A stretch of 64,000 nucleotides of DNA from an uncultured Gammaproteobacteria bacterium (GTDB lineage Bacteria; Patescibacteriota; Patescibacteriia; SG8-24), in assembly GCA_964486995.1 (NCBI GenBank), contig CAZAOV010000001.1, positions 95,168 through 159,167 of the forward strand, given 5' to 3'. Below are positions 42,834 to 52,030 of this stretch, piece after piece. The position numbers and the translations under genes are program-made. The notes beneath the pieces are model-generated. The model was given only the letters and a program-made list of their open reading frames with translations. It was not told where the DNA came from and did not search any database. Numbering within the stretch: the first letter of the stretch is position 1; every line of letters starts with the position of its first letter.

Positions 42834-43424
42834 TCACGTATGCAACCGCGACAGCACACTTACAATAGCCACCGCCAATGCAAGTGCTAGAGTACCCGCC
42901 GAAATCTCAACCAGCAAACTCACGTCCAGCCACAAGGCAAACAACAGCAGTGAGATTCCGCATACCTCAGTCACCATTTTGAGTTTACCCCAAAAATTGG
43001 CCGGCTCAATAATGCCCTTTCGCTGGCGCACCCAAGCGCCGATGATCATAACCGATTCGACTGCGAGTAAAGCCATACCAAGCGCATAGTTGATGTGCTG
43101 CAGAACCACCAAAAACAATACTGCGCCAATCAGCATCTTATCGGCCAAGGGGTCGTATTTAATGCCCCATTCGGTAACCTGTCTGCGCACTCGCGCCATT
43201 GACCCGTCCAGAGCATCGGTCAACGCCGCAAAAATAAATAGTGGCACACCGATGTGATATGCCTGCACATGCAAAAAATACAAGACCACCGGTATCATCA
43301 GCATGCGGAACACAGTAACGTGATTCGGATGAACCGCTTGTGGCATAAACGGATCAATCGCACGCCTATAGACCTTGTCGTGCGGCAGCAGTCGGATATT
43401 TTTGTTCCACTTATCGCCAAACAT
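42834..43424 (-). CDS. CDP-alcohol phosphatidyltransferase (PgsA-like)
   Basis: PNHVT..R and DALDGSMAR......WG...DPLADK signature. Confidence 0.9.
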   Translation of the reverse strand: MFGDKWNKNIRLLPHDKVYRRAIDPFMPQAVHPNHVTVFRMLMIPVVLYFLHVQAYHIGVPLFIFAALTDALDGSMARVRRQVTEWGIKYDPLADKMLIGAVLFLVVLQHINYALGMALLAVESVMIIGAWVRQRKGIIEPANFWGKLKMVTEVCGISLLLFALWLDVSLLVEISAGTLALALAVAIVSVLSRLHT

Positions 43425-43449
43425 GGAGATTATTTGCTATCCTATCCTC

Positions 43450-45654
43450 ATGGAGGTTGAATGTCCCAACAACAAGTATATCCTGTTTGCTGCCGTCTTT
43501 ACAGCAGTCGGTACTATAGCGGTATTCCTCCCCGCATCCCTGTGGCTGCGAATTTTTTTGGTTACCCTTTACTTTATTGGCAACGGTTATGTAATCGGTC
43601 GCATTACGCTAGCCGAGGAGCGCTTGGCGATCCGGGCACTGATTGGTTTTTTGATGCACGTGGCGGCTCTAATGATTGTGGGCAGTGCGGTTTATCTATT
43701 CTATCGCTTGAACCTAGCGGCAACAGCGGCGGTAATTATCTTAGCTCCGCTTCTGACCATACTGACCATGCGGCTGAACAATTGGCTAATCAGCCGCAAT
43801 ACAGTCAGCCTGAACGCAATAAAAACGCAACCTGAAACAGAAAAAAATAATTATGAAAATGTTCTAGCGATTATCGGAGTGATTCTGTCTATCGCCTTTT
43901 TTGCTTTTGCTGTGTACGGGCTCGGGCTGCTGGACGGCGCAACGACCGAGCTATCCATCAGATCACCTTGGGACTACGTGCCGCGACTGTTTTTTATTGT
44001 GATATTTGCAGTGGCGGCTGGCACCTTTGCCATGTCCGCCGGACGCTTGGCCGGTGCGGCCACTCTCCTACCGCTTGCCGGACTCTCGGTGCTGACCACC
44101 TCCGTTGCCGCCACGGTGTATGCCATCGGTTTCGGCTTTGATCCGTTCATTCACCAAGCCACGGAAAATCACATTTTCACTTACGGCGAAATGACCCCCA
44201 AACCGCCATATTATTTGGGGCAGTACGCTTTCATTACGGTTCTAGCTCGAATGACGGGCGGTCATGTCAACCTAATAGATACCTGGCTGGTTCCGCTGGC
44301 GTTCGCGTTAGTGATTCCGGTCGCTTATTGGTCATTACGCCGTTCGTTCAATTGGGACAGTCCGCTTGCCGCCGCGGCGTGCATACCCCTACTGGCACTG
44401 CCACTGTCGTCATTTGTAATGACCACACCACAAGGACTAGCAAATACGCTGCTGTTGATTACTACTTTTATGCTGATGGTGAGTGCGACCACGGACCGTA
44501 TTCGCCGTCTAGTTCCGGCGATGCTGGCCGTGGCCACCATAACGATACATCCGTTAGCCGGTGTGCCGCTGTTGCTTTTTGTGGCTATGGTGGCATATCT
44601 ACGCGCCTCGAATCGCCTGCGGAATCACCCGGAGATTCGCTGGGCCTTTTTTATGAAGCTGACTATCGTGACCTGCATCGCCTTGCCGGTAATGTTTATC
44701 GTTAATTCACGACTGTCGGACACTGGCGTGACATTGGACCAGGACACCATCCGAACTCCGGCCGCAATTATGGAACAGCTGAAAAATCCTGAACTGGAAA
44801 CGCGTCTATTTTCAGCGGCTCTGGACTTCGTTTATTTCTGGCGCACCAGTCGCACCGCGATTTGGGCTACGCTTGCCGCTGTCGGCGTGGCACTGCTCTG
44901 GTTTGCTGGTCGTAGAAAAGAAAACGATTTGATGTATGAGGCGGCAATCGCGTTTGGTGCCGGGGCAATCGCCTTCTTTGTGAATTACGTTTTACTAAGA
45001 GCTTGGGTGCGCTTCCCGTTCCTGATTGACTACGAAAGAACCAACTATGCCGATCGAATAGCTGATTTGGCTTTATTTATCGCCGCCCCACTCGCTCTTT
45101 ATGCGGTTGGACGATTCATTCAGCGCATGCGCAAGTACGGCTTCCCCACCCTAACGGCTGCCATGATTTTGTTGGTCGCGGCAATAATCGTGGCCAATAC
45201 TTACATCGCCTATCCACGACGCGACCGGTATGAATCTAGCCGCGGCTGGTCAACAAGCGCGTCCGACGTAAAAGCAGTGCAAACTATCGACAATGACTCA
45301 TCTGATGAGAATTATGTGGTTCTCGCGAATCAATCGGTTTCCGCTGCCGCTATCCGTGAGTTGGGTTTCAAAAAATATTACGAATCGAACGACGAAGAAA
45401 ACCTCGAGCCGGTTTTCTTCTACCCCATCCCAACCGGAGGTCCGCTCTATGAAATATTCCTGGACGCCAACGAACAGAGCGGAGCGACGGAGGCGATTCA
45501 GGAAGCCATGAATCTAGTGGGCGTTGATGTCGCATATTACGTAGTGAATCACTACTGGTGGCAGGCGCAACAAATCGTTATCAAGGCAAAAAAGGAAGCG
45601 GATTCGTGGTGGGAAATTGATGACAAGGTCTGGGTATTTAAATACTCCAAATAG
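43450..45654 (+). CDS. large polytopic membrane protein, possible GT-C/oligosaccharyltransferase-like
   Basis: Many TM segments, GFDPFIHQA loop, soluble C-terminal domain (FYPIPTGGPLY); start uncertain. Confidence 0.7.
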   Translation: MEVECPNNKYILFAAVFTAVGTIAVFLPASLWLRIFLVTLYFIGNGYVIGRITLAEERLAIRALIGFLMHVAALMIVGSAVYLFYRLNLAATAAVIILAPLLTILTMRLNNWLISRNTVSLNAIKTQPETEKNNYENVLAIIGVILSIAFFAFAVYGLGLLDGATTELSIRSPWDYVPRLFFIVIFAVAAGTFAMSAGRLAGAATLLPLAGLSVLTTSVAATVYAIGFGFDPFIHQATENHIFTYGEMTPKPPYYLGQYAFITVLARMTGGHVNLIDTWLVPLAFALVIPVAYWSLRRSFNWDSPLAAAACIPLLALPLSSFVMTTPQGLANTLLLITTFMLMVSATTDRIRRLVPAMLAVATITIHPLAGVPLLLFVAMVAYLRASNRLRNHPEIRWAFFMKLTIVTCIALPVMFIVNSRLSDTGVTLDQDTIRTPAAIMEQLKNPELETRLFSAALDFVYFWRTSRTAIWATLAAVGVALLWFAGRRKENDLMYEAAIAFGAGAIAFFVNYVLLRAWVRFPFLIDYERTNYADRIADLALFIAAPLALYAVGRFIQRMRKYGFPTLTAAMILLVAAIIVANTYIAYPRRDRYESSRGWSTSASDVKAVQTIDNDSSDENYVVLANQSVSAAAIRELGFKKYYESNDEENLEPVFFYPIPTGGPLYEIFLDANEQSGATEAIQEAMNLVGVDVAYYVVNHYWWQAQQIVIKAKKEADSWWEIDDKVWVFKYSK

Positions 45655-45665
45655 GAATAGCCTCA

Positions 45666-45727
45666 TTTAAAAAATCGTCAGACAGTTTTTCGCTCTAAGA
45701 CGAAAAACTGTCTGACGATTTTTTAAA
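45666..45727. repeat. perfect inverted repeat, 27-bp arms
   Basis: TTTAAAAAATCGTCAGACAGTTTTTCG-8nt-CGAAAAACTGTCTGACGATTTTTTAAA between convergent genes. Confidence 0.9.
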
Positions 45728-45744
45728 CGGTCGTCAACATCTGA

Positions 45745-46959
45745 TTAGTTCCCATAAACGCTCTCTAGCGTGGAAACGTGTGATTCTGTCGTCATTTTTT
45801 TAGCCGTGTTCAGCGCTCTTTCTCCTAATTCATTATTGCCTTTTATGGCTCGACTAAGCGCCTCAAGCAAGCTGTCTGCATGACCCGACTCAAAAATAAA
45901 ACCATTCTCACCATCCCGCACTAACTCGGGAATACCGCCGACATCGGCAGCGATAACCGGCACACCGCGACTGAAAGCCCCCAAAATTACCATAGGAGCG
46001 TTTTCGATGACCTTCGAAGGCACGACCAGGTATGCGGCCTCGGCATAATGCTTGTTCAGTCCAGCACCGTATATCGGACCTTCGAATTTAGTTCCATCCA
46101 TCGATTCCATTCTGGCCTTTACTTTATGCCTCAGGGAGCCGTCACCGATCACGTGCAGAACCGCATCACCCCGCTCTCCCCACTTCTCCCAAGCTTCCAG
46201 CAAATTCATCACACCCTTATGTTCCTCCAGCTGCCCGATAAAAATAAAATCCTTTGCCCCCCTAACTCCCTGAACCCCCACTCCCTCCACGGGATTCCTC
46301 AACACCACCTTGGTCGATTTCGGAAAAAAACCAAATCGATTATGCAACTGTTTCGAATGCTCCGACGGAAACAACACCACGGACGGCGACCCCATCATTA
46401 CTTTCATCAGCCAGATATAAATCCACTCGTGCGGCCAGTGCGGTCGCCAATTTACCGGCAATAGCCCTGACGGATGAAGTAGCTGCACGTCATGCACGGT
46501 ATGCACGTGCCGAATCTGCATCTTCCAAATTAAATTAGGGATGGTAAATCCTAAGCCCATCAAATTGTGAGTATGCACCACATTAGGTCGATAAGCCTTG
46601 ATGATTTTTTTCAGCTGCTCGGCCGACCGCCAATTAAAAATATCCAGCCAGTGCCAAACCAACCGCCCGAGCCATGACTTGCCTTCCAAGTCCGTATAGA
46701 AGCAGCTGTTGGGCGGATAGTATGTAAAGTGCCCCACCTCGTTCTCACTGGAACTGAAGCCGATTGCACTACCGCACAGATCATCGGGAAGTCCAGGCGA
46801 ACAAACACCGGCCGATAGCGTGTCAGATTCAGAAACCCCACTCACCACAACCACATCATGACCGCGCTCACGTAAGGCGTTTGCTTCTATCTCAACCACG
46901 CGCTCGGCGCCCCCACGTGCGTGAAAACCGTATAAATTTGAAACTAATAATATCTTCAT
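45745..46959 (-). CDS. GT4 glycosyltransferase
   Basis: GGAE, HTVHD, GQLEEHKG, ENAPMVILGA, GGIPE. Confidence 0.9.
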   Translation of the reverse strand: MKILLVSNLYGFHARGGAERVVEIEANALRERGHDVVVVSGVSESDTLSAGVCSPGLPDDLCGSAIGFSSSENEVGHFTYYPPNSCFYTDLEGKSWLGRLVWHWLDIFNWRSAEQLKKIIKAYRPNVVHTHNLMGLGFTIPNLIWKMQIRHVHTVHDVQLLHPSGLLPVNWRPHWPHEWIYIWLMKVMMGSPSVVLFPSEHSKQLHNRFGFFPKSTKVVLRNPVEGVGVQGVRGAKDFIFIGQLEEHKGVMNLLEAWEKWGERGDAVLHVIGDGSLRHKVKARMESMDGTKFEGPIYGAGLNKHYAEAAYLVVPSKVIENAPMVILGAFSRGVPVIAADVGGIPELVRDGENGFIFESGHADSLLEALSRAIKGNNELGERALNTAKKMTTESHVSTLESVYGN

Positions 46960-48107
46960 CAGTCTTGCAGCAACTCAGCGGAAATCCGGTCCCATTTCTC
47001 AATGCGCCGCTGTTCTGAATATTCGTTTAATGCCATTTTTCGTCCAGCCTCACTTAATTCGTGGCACTTACGAGTATCATAAATAACGTCTTGCAGTCTA
47101 GCAGCGATACCAGAAACACTTCCAGGCATAGCCAAAAAACCTGTCTCTTCGGGTCGTACGATGGTTCGCACACCCGGTAAATCGCTCGCCACCACCGGCA
47201 CACCGCTCGACATGGCCTCAAGTGCGGCAATGCCGAAAGCCTCGGAACGGTCGATTGACGGAAATGCGAACACGCTCGCCAAAAGGTGGTGTGACGGCAG
47301 TTCTTCATCGCTTACCGGACCGGTAAAAATAACTCGGTCAGCCACGCCGTTCTCTTCTGCACGTTGCTTGTATTCCTCTAGCAGCGCGCCACCACCAACA
47401 ATTACCGCCTGTACTTCTTCTAGTCCGGAAACGGCCAGGGCGTCAATCAGATTATGCACCCCCTTAAAGTAATGGGCGCGATCCAGACCTCCGACAAAAA
47501 CGACCACTGGACGAGATAAATCCAATCCATATCGCTTCGCCAAATCAACTGGCGCGTCACCCGGCCGGAAACGTTCTGTATCGACAGCCGGCGGCAATTC
47601 ACGAAACAAACTTGGCTCGTTCAAAAAACGATCCTTCACCGCTGAAGACTGAGCGTAATCAAAGCTGGTGACCAAAATCCTATCAGCAGTTCGCAGTACG
47701 GACGGTCGAATCAACGCACCGTGCACTTTAAAGATTGTGCCGATCAGACCGGTACCGACAGTGTCCATATGATAATAAATCGCCAGCTTACGACATTGAC
47801 GCATCCACTTGACCAAGGCAACGAGTTCCGCTCCGCCGTAAAACGGATAATGCAGTACGACCAAGTCGTATCGCTTGCATATTCCGAATGCTCCGGGCAC
47901 CAAAGCGGCGTTGCCGTATTTTAACCATGGCTTCAACGATTTAACCGCATAACCCTCGGCTTCGCCATGCTCCTGACCAGGCACATACACATCCACTTCA
48001 TGACCTAACGCAGCCAACTGTCGTGCGTCTTGTTCCGCCACCACACACATTCCACCTCGATACGGCAGAAAGGTCGGGGTCACTACGGCGATTTTGTAAC
48101 CGGTCAT
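46959..48107 (-). CDS. GT4 glycosyltransferase
   Basis: FVGGLD...FKG and EAFGIAALEAMSSG. Confidence 0.92.
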   Translation of the reverse strand: MTGYKIAVVTPTFLPYRGGMCVVAEQDARQLAALGHEVDVYVPGQEHGEAEGYAVKSLKPWLKYGNAALVPGAFGICKRYDLVVLHYPFYGGAELVALVKWMRQCRKLAIYYHMDTVGTGLIGTIFKVHGALIRPSVLRTADRILVTSFDYAQSSAVKDRFLNEPSLFRELPPAVDTERFRPGDAPVDLAKRYGLDLSRPVVVFVGGLDRAHYFKGVHNLIDALAVSGLEEVQAVIVGGGALLEEYKQRAEENGVADRVIFTGPVSDEELPSHHLLASVFAFPSIDRSEAFGIAALEAMSSGVPVVASDLPGVRTIVRPEETGFLAMPGSVSGIAARLQDVIYDTRKCHELSEAGRKMALNEYSEQRRIEKWDRISAELLQD

Positions 48108-48111
48108 ATGA

Positions 48112-49170
48112 CTACACGATTAAGCGTCTGATTATGGCCCAAGCAAAACCCATTAGAGGATTTGCGACAAAGTGAACGAATAAGCTGGTGCCTTCCTGGT
48201 CACGGATCTCGTAGGTGAAAAGTTCCATCACCTGCCGATCTCCAGCACATCGCAACGCGCCCACTCGATCACGCTCGCGCAACAAATGCTGCCAGACAAG
48301 TGGATTCATAAAATAGGTCATGGCTTTTATCTTCTTCGGCCACCAGCCGCCCCGCAACGCGGTCAGTGCCATCATGCTTTCGGCAGCTATCAAACTGGGC
48401 GCAATCAGCAACAAAGTCCAAAGACGCATATTTTTTATGAGCACAATATAACGATTGCGCTCCATGTAATACCACTTGCCTATACTGCGCGAGAATTCGT
48501 ACTTATGATATACCTTTGATTTCGGTGCCAACACATTTCGATAGCCGGCCAAACGTAGGCGCCAGCCCAAATCCAAATCTTCATGATAGATAAATAACTT
48601 TTCATCAAAAAGCCCAACGTGCTTTAAAGCTGAACAACGAAACAATACGCTGGCTCCGGCCGGGTAAGCGATGTCACGTACGGTTTCTGTATCTATTTCT
48701 TCGAGCTTGCGGCGATAGTCCTGACAGTAGCCAAAGCCCAAAAAATGAATCGCGTTTCCGGCGCTGTTCACCAATTCTCTTTCTGGGTGCAATAACAGCA
48801 GCGATTGAACCGAGCTGATGGCTTTATCCATTTCCATCACCTTAATCGCCTCCACCAAGAAATTCGGGTCAACTTCCGTGTCCAAATTCAATAAATATAC
48901 ATAATCATCGCCGTGTTCGATGGCTTCGCGCATGACGATATTGTTTCCGCCAGCAAAACCAAAATTACCGCCGGACGCTCGCGCTTCAACCCAGGGAAAC
49001 TTCTCTTTGATTGACTCCAGCGTTCCGTCCGTCGAACCGTTATCCAAAGCCACCACTCGCAAATCCAGACCGGTGCGGTCAATATTTTCGAGACTAGTAA
49101 AACACCCGCCCACAAATCGAGACGAGTTGTATGTAACCAAAATGATTGTCACCTTCTTGTTTGGCATCAT
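48112..49170 (-). CDS. GT2 glycosyltransferase (WbbL-like rhamnosyltransferase)
   Basis: VTYNS, DNGSTD, NFGFAGGNN, LLNLD, FIYHEDLD. Confidence 0.88.
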   Translation of the reverse strand: MMPNKKVTIILVTYNSSRFVGGCFTSLENIDRTGLDLRVVALDNGSTDGTLESIKEKFPWVEARASGGNFGFAGGNNIVMREAIEHGDDYVYLLNLDTEVDPNFLVEAIKVMEMDKAISSVQSLLLLHPERELVNSAGNAIHFLGFGYCQDYRRKLEEIDTETVRDIAYPAGASVLFRCSALKHVGLFDEKLFIYHEDLDLGWRLRLAGYRNVLAPKSKVYHKYEFSRSIGKWYYMERNRYIVLIKNMRLWTLLLIAPSLIAAESMMALTALRGGWWPKKIKAMTYFMNPLVWQHLLRERDRVGALRCAGDRQVMELFTYEIRDQEGTSLFVHFVANPLMGFAWAIIRRLIV

Positions 49171-49520
49171 TATTCGTCTTCGGACCCCTCCCCTGCTTCC
49201 TGTTGCTTTAGACCAAACTCGCGCACCAACATCGTGATTTCGCGTTCTATTTTTTCGAGCTTAAGAAAAATGCGAAAAACCAGATAAAACAGCACGATAA
49301 CCGAAACATAGATAGCCGCATCCACGCCGCGCCCCACCCCAACCAGCGAAGCGAACCAGCTCGTTGCTTGCGGCAAAGCCACAGCCACCACGACCACTAG
49401 CCAGAACACCAACCATAGCGCCAGGGCTCCACCGCTAAATGCGCCGTCTCGAAACCGAGAAAAAGTTCGCCACATGGCAAACGCCGCAAACGCGATGATG
49501 ATTATCTGAATCAGTAACAT
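49170..49520 (-). CDS. DUF2304-family small membrane protein
   Basis: 3 TM, GVGRGVD, C-terminal EREITMLVRE; follows a DPM-like GT2. Confidence 0.75.
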   Translation of the reverse strand: MLLIQIIIIAFAAFAMWRTFSRFRDGAFSGGALALWLVFWLVVVVAVALPQATSWFASLVGVGRGVDAAIYVSVIVLFYLVFRIFLKLEKIEREITMLVREFGLKQQEAGEGSEDE

Positions 49521-49528
49521 ACCATCTA

Positions 49529-50197
49529 CTATCTCATTACTCGATGAAGAAACAGTTTCCAGGCTGTCTTCAGTCCTTCGTAAAATCCCTGCCCCTTAGA
49601 CAACGAGTATGCCGAGTAGTCCGGTCGAATCAGTACCTCTTCCAACATCAAATCATTGCGGTTAATTTCACCGATAATCTCTGACGAAACTTCCATTCGA
49701 TTTGACCGCAAGTCTAGCTGTAGCGCCGCACCGCGCGTAAAGCCGCGTAATCCGGACTGACTGTCGTTGACCCATTTACCAAACAGCAAAAACGTTTGCA
49801 GATTCGCGAGCCAGTTCGCCAGACGTCGCGTTTTCGGCATCAAATGACGGTCAAGATATCTGGTGCCGATGGTCACTTCAGCACTGCCCCGCCTCAGCGG
49901 CTCAACCATCCGCGCTATATCCTCCGCCCGATGCTGGTCGTCTGCATCAAAAGTCACAATGAAATCCGCGCCCGAACGTAACGCCGCCAACAAACCGGTA
50001 CCAATTGCGGCACCCAGCCCACGATTAATTACATGCGTCACGACCCTGACTCCAGCGGCCACCGCCAACTCGCCAGTCCGGTCGGTTGAACCGTCATTGA
50101 CCACTATAATTTCATCAACCAAACCCGAAAGTGAGCGGAGAACTCCGCTCACCGTGCTTTCTTCGTTGTAGGCCGGTACGACGGCGACTACTTTCAT
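49529..50197 (-). CDS. GT2 polyprenol-phosphate glycosyltransferase (DPM-synthase-like)
   Basis: VPAYNEE, NDGSTD, NRGLG, FDADDQH, DSQSG; ATG at 50197. Confidence 0.9.
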   Translation of the reverse strand: MKVVAVVPAYNEESTVSGVLRSLSGLVDEIIVVNDGSTDRTGELAVAAGVRVVTHVINRGLGAAIGTGLLAALRSGADFIVTFDADDQHRAEDIARMVEPLRRGSAEVTIGTRYLDRHLMPKTRRLANWLANLQTFLLFGKWVNDSQSGLRGFTRGAALQLDLRSNRMEVSSEIIGEINRNDLMLEEVLIRPDYSAYSLSKGQGFYEGLKTAWKLFLHRVMR

Positions 50198-50270
50198 ATG
50201 GCATTTGGGTAATAAGGAGGTAAAACTTACGTTGACGGAAAATTCCCTGTTGCTTTGCCGCCTCGCTCCT

Positions 50271-51290
50271 CTAGTCAAATGATGGGCGTAAAATATCCTT
50301 ATGCGCCACGGTATATTCAACGGTCTTCTTTAATCCCTGCTCCAAAGTCACTAACGGAATCCAACCAGTTTCCTTAATCTTGCTCAGATCGGGCAGACCC
50401 AAATCTCGCATGAACGGCAATCGGTCGCGAAATACAATCTGCGATTTGGAGCCGGTCATTTCGAGAATCTTACTAGCTACATCAACCAGCTTAATATCAT
50501 AGTCGCTGCCCATATTCATCGGTCCCGGATCCTCCGGTAGTTCCATCAGACGTATTATTGCATCCACCACATCCGTGACGAAAATCAACGAAGAACGGAA
50601 ATTATCATCACCGTATATCACCAGCTCGCGGCCATCTATCGCATCGAGCACAAAATCGGGAACCATGTGTCCATCAGCCAGCGTCTGGCGCGGTCCGTAA
50701 GTGCGAAAGATGCGTCCAATTCTGGTGTCTAGTCCGTGTGCATCACGATACGTATTGCACATGGTTTCCGCAAACCGCTTGCCTTCGTCATAGCAACCGC
50801 GCGGTGTCATGTGGTCGAAACGGCCAAACTCGTCTTCAGAAAAAAGATGCCCATCCTCTGGACGAGTGCCGTAAATTACCGAAGTGGAAGCCTGAAAAAA
50901 CTTAGCCTTATACTTCAGCGCCAAGTCCAGCACATTTCGCATACCCACTGAATTGGCCATCAGCGTATCGTGCTTATACTCATCGAACTTTTTTGGTGAA
51001 GTCGGACAGGCTAAATGATACACTTCCTGCACGCCCTGAAATTTCAGCTTGAACCTTTCCAATTCGGGATATATCTCCAAATCGAGCGGCTCAGAAATAT
51101 TAGCATTGATAAATTCAAAATCCGGATTCTTGAACAGTTGATTGATGTTAGCCTGCTGGGAAGTAATGAAATTATCGACGCAAATAACCTTGTTTTCTTT
51201 AAGCAGGCGTTCGCAAAGAAACGATCCGATGAATCCAGCACCACCGGTAACTAAGACGTTTTTCTTCTCAAATATTGGCTTGTCTTCCAT
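50271..51290 (-). CDS. UDP-glucuronate decarboxylase-like NAD-dependent SDR
   Basis: GGAGFIG, HLACPTSP, RGCYDEGKR, RIFRTYGP. Confidence 0.85.
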   Translation of the reverse strand: MEDKPIFEKKNVLVTGGAGFIGSFLCERLLKENKVICVDNFITSQQANINQLFKNPDFEFINANISEPLDLEIYPELERFKLKFQGVQEVYHLACPTSPKKFDEYKHDTLMANSVGMRNVLDLALKYKAKFFQASTSVIYGTRPEDGHLFSEDEFGRFDHMTPRGCYDEGKRFAETMCNTYRDAHGLDTRIGRIFRTYGPRQTLADGHMVPDFVLDAIDGRELVIYGDDNFRSSLIFVTDVVDAIIRLMELPEDPGPMNMGSDYDIKLVDVASKILEMTGSKSQIVFRDRLPFMRDLGLPDLSKIKETGWIPLVTLEQGLKKTVEYTVAHKDILRPSFD

Positions 51291-51434
51291 AAATGTGGTG
51301 TCTTATTTCTAAGCGGTGGCTCAGACACGCTGAATGCTGCTATTCGCACGCATTACAGCATGTCTTCGCGTGGGTTAGGTATTGGCGTCCGTGCCAAGTT
51401 TTAGTTCGCTGACAACAATAATTTCTGTATGGGA

Positions 51435-51463
51435 ATTATACGTCTTTAGGCTGGCAGAGGCAA
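51435..51463 (-). promoter_or_regulatory. sigma70-type promoter
   Basis: TTGCCT-17-TATAAT. Confidence 0.65.
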
Positions 51464-51486
51464 GAAAAAGGCTTAAATATAAGAAA

Positions 51487-51598
51487 AAGTATAGATGTGT
51501 AGAGGTGTAGATGTTTAGGAGACCCACACACTTACGATAGACGCCTGATGCAAACGTGGAGGTCTGCCACACTTCTACACCTCTATACTTCTACACTA
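51487..51598. repeat. inverted octamer array without a gene inside
   Basis: AAGTATAG ATGTGTAG AGGTGTAG ATGTTTAG ... CCACACTT CTACACCT CTATACTT CTACACTA. Confidence 0.85.
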
Positions 51599-52024
51599 TT
51601 CTCTAAATGCCCACTTCTTATAGAGCGTAAAATTCCACAAAATGACGCATCCGGTCGCAAACACCTTGGCGATGATGTCATAGACCCCCAGATTAATTAG
51701 CGTGTACATCAGCAAAGCATTCAGACCCAGGCTGGCGAAAGTCACCATCAAATATTTTGGCATGCGCCCAGCCATGCCGTCGCGTTTTTTCCGAAAAGTC
51801 CAAAAATTGTTCAGCGTAAAACTAGAAACCATACCGCAACAGTATGACACCACAGCGGCCAGCACCAGACGTTCACCCCAGAATTCAAAAATGCGTGTCA
51901 TGAAAATGTACACGCTGAAATCTACCAGGGTATTCACCGTTCCGACGATACAGAACTTAATGAGTTGGCGAGCAGTGGCATGGCGATATGCCAATACCCT
52001 CAAATTGCTGATGAACTTTACCAT
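51596..52024 (-). CDS. GtrA-family flippase
   Basis: KFCIVG..NTLVD, SFTLN..WTF, WNF....KWAF; 4 TM. Confidence 0.88.
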   Translation of the reverse strand: MVKFISNLRVLAYRHATARQLIKFCIVGTVNTLVDFSVYIFMTRIFEFWGERLVLAAVVSYCCGMVSSFTLNNFWTFRKKRDGMAGRMPKYLMVTFASLGLNALLMYTLINLGVYDIIAKVFATGCVILWNFTLYKKWAFRE

Positions 52025-52030
52025 GACCGA

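Noticed and set aside
51487-51598. CRISPR array
   Set aside because: 8-nt tandem units without spacers, and no cas genes.
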